This document shows, in pieces, positions 59,996 to 64,000 of a stretch of 64,000 bases of DNA. Position numbers and translations under genes: made by a program. The stretch covers positions 15,190,001 through 15,254,000 of the forward strand of contig OZ024745.1 of NCBI GenBank assembly GCA_964016885.1, read 5' to 3'. The first letter of the stretch is position 1. Every line of letters begins with the position of its first letter. The notes beneath the pieces were generated by a model. The model was not told the origin of the DNA. It saw only the letters and a program-made list of their open reading frames with translations, and did no database searches. The stretch is from Eledone cirrhosa (lineage: Eukaryota).

Positions 59996-60091
59996 GATAG
60001 ATAGATAGATAAACAGATAGTTAGATAGATAGATAGTTAGATAGATAGATAGATAGATAGTTAGATAGATAGTTAGATAGATAGATAGATA

Positions 60092-63000
60092 TGTTTCTTT
60101 TATTTGCCACCAGGGCATCAAAAGTGGGACAAGTACAATGAGGGGAGTTTACATAAAAAGGCGTCCTCAATAAGGAGGAGGCAATAACAAGATATAAAAA
60201 TAAAATAAAATATAACAAAGAATAAAATTCATAACAAAATCCTCAATAGAGAGGAGGCGCCTTGGGGGGTCGCCCCCCCCCCCCCAAAAAAAAAGTGTGC
60301 AACCCTTCTCCTCAGGAGCACAGAGAGGGGGTGCTCCCTCGTTCCTTCCTCTTTTCCACCTACAGGCTTATGTAAAGAGAAGGCCCATTCACACGGGCCA
60401 TTCTCGCCACTTTCACCCATCTTTCATAAAAACGACTGGGGTGGAGCACCTCTCTCTCCATCCTGATCCTTCTGCCGAAATGATATCGGAAGAAACGGAC
60501 CAGTTGTTGGCCAGAGAGAAAGGTGCCTGACCTCAGTCCTTTCAGACGCGTCCACCATACAACTTCTTTCACCATGGCTATTATGCACAGAAACACCGCC
60601 TCTCCTTCATCTTTGAAGGGGGGAGGCGGCTTGATCATTACAATAGACTCGGTGGTCAACCGGATCGGTCCCACCCTTGACAGCAGTTGTTTGACATAGC
60701 CCCACAGATCGGCTACGCCCGAGCAGTGTACCAATGCGTGTGCAACGGTTTCCTCGTCGCACACGCATCTGGGACAGATCTTTTTGGGGGGGTCCCTACC
60801 CGGGCGCCCGTGTCTGTAGAGCTTTTCTCGAACGGGTAGAGCCCCTCGGTAGCACTGCCAGGCCAGGGACTTCTGGAAGTTGTCCATAGGTCCGGGGCTG
60901 AATGTCCTACCGAACAGGCTGGCCAGTTCGTCCTCCTCCATGTCTAGGGCTTCTCCGAGGGCGTCGTCGCACCTGCTGCGTACCAGCCCTCTATAGAATG
61001 TTGTGGTAAAGTCTCCACTGATAGTTGGATCCGCCTGTCAGAGGGCGGTGAGCGCCTGGGCACACTCAGTGTGCCTGGTGCCCAGTTTTCTCGGTCTTTG
61101 CTTGACCCAGAATTGCAGCTCGGTGAGTGAGACGAGTCTGGGAAAGGTTCGTCTCACAAACGAGGCCCACACCGGTTGACCGGTGAGGAATACGTAGAGG
61201 TGCCGTAGCCTTAATGCGTGTTTACGCATCATTAGTCACGGCATCCCCAGCCCTCCTTTCGAAGGGTGTTGACAGCAGATGGATCTCCTCACCATAGGAG
61301 CCCGCCTCTTCCAAAGGAATTGGAAGAGTGCGCGCTCCATCTTGGCGAGGGTTTCCCTTGGGCAGGGCACTACGGTCAGGCGGTAGTAGATGACGGACGC
61401 TATATAGGTGTTCGCCACCTCCGCCCGACCTTTCAAGGATAGTTTGCAAGTGGCCCACTTCTGGGTCAGTGCAAACACCCTGTCCGTAACCTCCGCCCAG
61501 TTTTTCTCCACCTGGAGGTCCGGTCCGAACCAGACCCCGAGCAACTTCACCGGGCCCTCCGTCCAGCGTCCGACGACGCCATCGGAGGGCATCGGTCTGC
61601 CCCTCCACGTGCCGAGTTGCAAACCGATCGACTTGTCCCGGTTCAGCTTAGCCCCTGTGAACCTTTCGTACTCCTCCAGTAAGGTGCCGACCGCCTCGAT
61701 TTCGGAGGCCGTCGACACCATTACTGTCACGTCATCGGCGTAGGCCGACACCGCTTTCCGCAATCCCGGTTCCAAAGGGATGCCCTGCAACAACTCCAAC
61801 TTCCGCAGTAGTGGCTCGAGAGTCAACACATACAGAAGGGAGGAGAGAGGGCACCCTTGTCGGATGGACCGCGCGGTTTTGAACGGCTCCGAGAGGTAGC
61901 CGTTCACCTTGACCCTAGAGTAGATGCGGCTGCTGTGCATAGCAGTGATCCAGCCCCTGAAAACGGGTCTGAGCCTGCCGCCGCTAGCACCGCATCCAGG
62001 TAACCATGGTCGACCCTATCGAACGCCTTAGATTGATCCAAGTTGATCAGAGCTCAACCAAAGCCGGGTTCGTTCCCAACCCTCTCTATGATGTATCGCA
62101 TGAGGTGGAGGTTGTCATGGATGGACCTGGACGGGATAGCGCATGTCTGCGCATCTCCCACCAGGTTGCCCACGACAAGCGCCAACCTCTTTGCTAGCAC
62201 CTTGGCCAAAATCTGTAACTCTGTATTTAGCAGAGTTATGGGCCTGAAGTTACTTATTTTGTCCCCCTTGTTCTCGTCCTTCCTCACTAGCGTGACTACG
62301 CCCTTGGTCACAGTACAGGGAATTCTCTCGTTCTGTTGCCAGTTGCAGTAGACCGCCTCGAGGAGATCGGGGAACAAGTCCGGCATAGCTAGATATAATT
62401 CGTAAGGAAGACCATCGAGACCCGGGGATTTGCGTTTGCCACATTGGCTCAGCACGTCCTCTATCTCAGCGGCCGAAATCGGCTCCTCGCAGGACTTTGC
62501 CTCCCTGTCCGAGAGACGCGGCAGGCCGTCGAGGTATGGACCGAAGTCCACATTCCCAACCGGCTCCCTGCCCCTCCCGAACAGTCGGGCAAAGTGCCTT
62601 TGAAAGGCCTCACACATCTGCTTAGGCTCAAGAATCGCCCGTCCATCCAGGTCTCGCAAAGACCGGATGGTGGATTTAGTTCCACTGTTCGCCTCTGTCA
62701 CGCGGGCCCAGCTAACAGCTTTGGTCCCCTCGTTCCCTAGAGCACGTATTTTACTTCGGACAACGCAGCCTTCGTGCTTCGCGTCGAAAAACTGTCTCAA
62801 AGCCGTTCTTGACGCTAGCACTCTGGCCACGTCGCCGCTTCTAATTGCCTCTTCTACTCTATCTATTAGCTCCCTTTCCTTCCTATTCCTATCCGCAGCT
62901 AGAACCTTACTAAATTCTATCGAGACTACTCTAATCTCTCTCTTTAGAGATACCCACCACCTGCTGTTGACGATCACTCCAGTCAACCGTTCCTTAACTA

Positions 63001-64000
63001 ACATACTAATCCGATCCCTGTAAGCTCTACTTGCCGGCAAGGACAAGTTGAGCTTCCAGTAACCGGGGCCCTGTCTATGTGTTCTATCAAGGTTGACCAT
63101 GCAGGTCACCAACTTGTGGTCTGAATAGCCAACCATGAGCATTTCTGGACAACTTAAAAAGTCCCTGTCCTTATTTCTAACTAAAAATCTATCTAGGTAC
63201 GACATAGATGATACGCTGCGATTTGACCAAGACCAGGTTGGCACCGTCGGAAGATCTAGTCGAAATCTATCGGCCAGGTCAAATCGGCCGAGTAACCCCT
63301 TGAGGCTGTTGCACCCCTCTCTATCGGGACATGCCCCTGAATAGTCCCAACGTGCATCCAGGATACCATTCCAATCCCCCACTAAAAGACTCCAGACGCT
63401 GGAAAAAGTCGGGCCACTCTGTCCCAAAGGGGGCATATGCGGCTACCAGCCTAAAGGCTCTACCTTCACCACTGCCAAGGTCCAGCACCACCAGTCGATC
63501 CCCTGGGTCCAAGTGAACTATCTGTGTTGCAAGGCCCATATGTTTTTGCAGCAGAACGACAACCCCACTCCCACCTCCGGGCTGACAGAGAGATGCGTGC
63601 ATCTCAAAGTCGTCAAAGGTGGGGGCTAGCTGCCGCATGTTGCTGATCCGGGCCTCGCAGATAACCATCACATTTATAGATTGTGACCTGAGGTCATTTA
63701 GAAGCATTGCTTGCTTCCAAGACGAGCCCAGGCCACGCGCATTTAGACACCCGATTCTTAGCACAGCCATGTTGGTGGTAAGGAGAAAAGGCACTTACCT
63801 CTCTGCGTCCCGGGAAACGGGCCGCTCAATTTCCATGCTGGTTGGGGATGGGTTGTTGGGTGAGGTGGTGGTTTGTGGAAGTGAAGGGGCATCAGTGTGT
63901 TGTGGGGTTGGGGTGTTTGTGGTTGAGTGGGTGTCTGGGTGGGGGGGGGTGAACTTTTTAGGAGGACGCGGTTGATTGGTTTGGCGCAGGGGGGGGGGGC
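60092..64000 (-). mobile_element. Tx1 copy 4 (disrupted ORF2 from ~63770 to 60360; ORF1 continues out of the window)
   Basis: MAVLRIGCLNARGL..AYADD..CPRCVCDEETVAHALVHC; 3' UTR with AATAAA then (TATC)n. Confidence 0.93.

Overview
AT-rich, microsatellite-saturated metazoan non-coding DNA. The SINEs and repeat style resemble an octopus genome (inference). I found no intact host gene. Contents: (1) six or more Penelope-like element (PLE) remnants of two or three types, several with a 5'-inverted pseudo-LTR (arms up to ~1.6 kb) and mostly bounded by (TA)n; (2) about 18 type I hammerhead ribozyme (HHR) motifs from several families, six of them identical copies in a retrozyme-like ~480-540 nt tandem repeat that sits inside a ~2.9 kb triplication; (3) four Tx1/L1-clade LINE copies plus a small inverted fragment, one near full length, always adjoining (TATC)n in the same orientation and stacked head-to-tail; (4) RTE fragments, Helitron-like and mariner-like non-autonomous elements, tRNA-derived SINEs and a histone H3 pseudogene. 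Most ORFs in the supplied track are microsatellite translations or antisense shadows of the LINEs. All folds and alignments were read by eye; none was computed.
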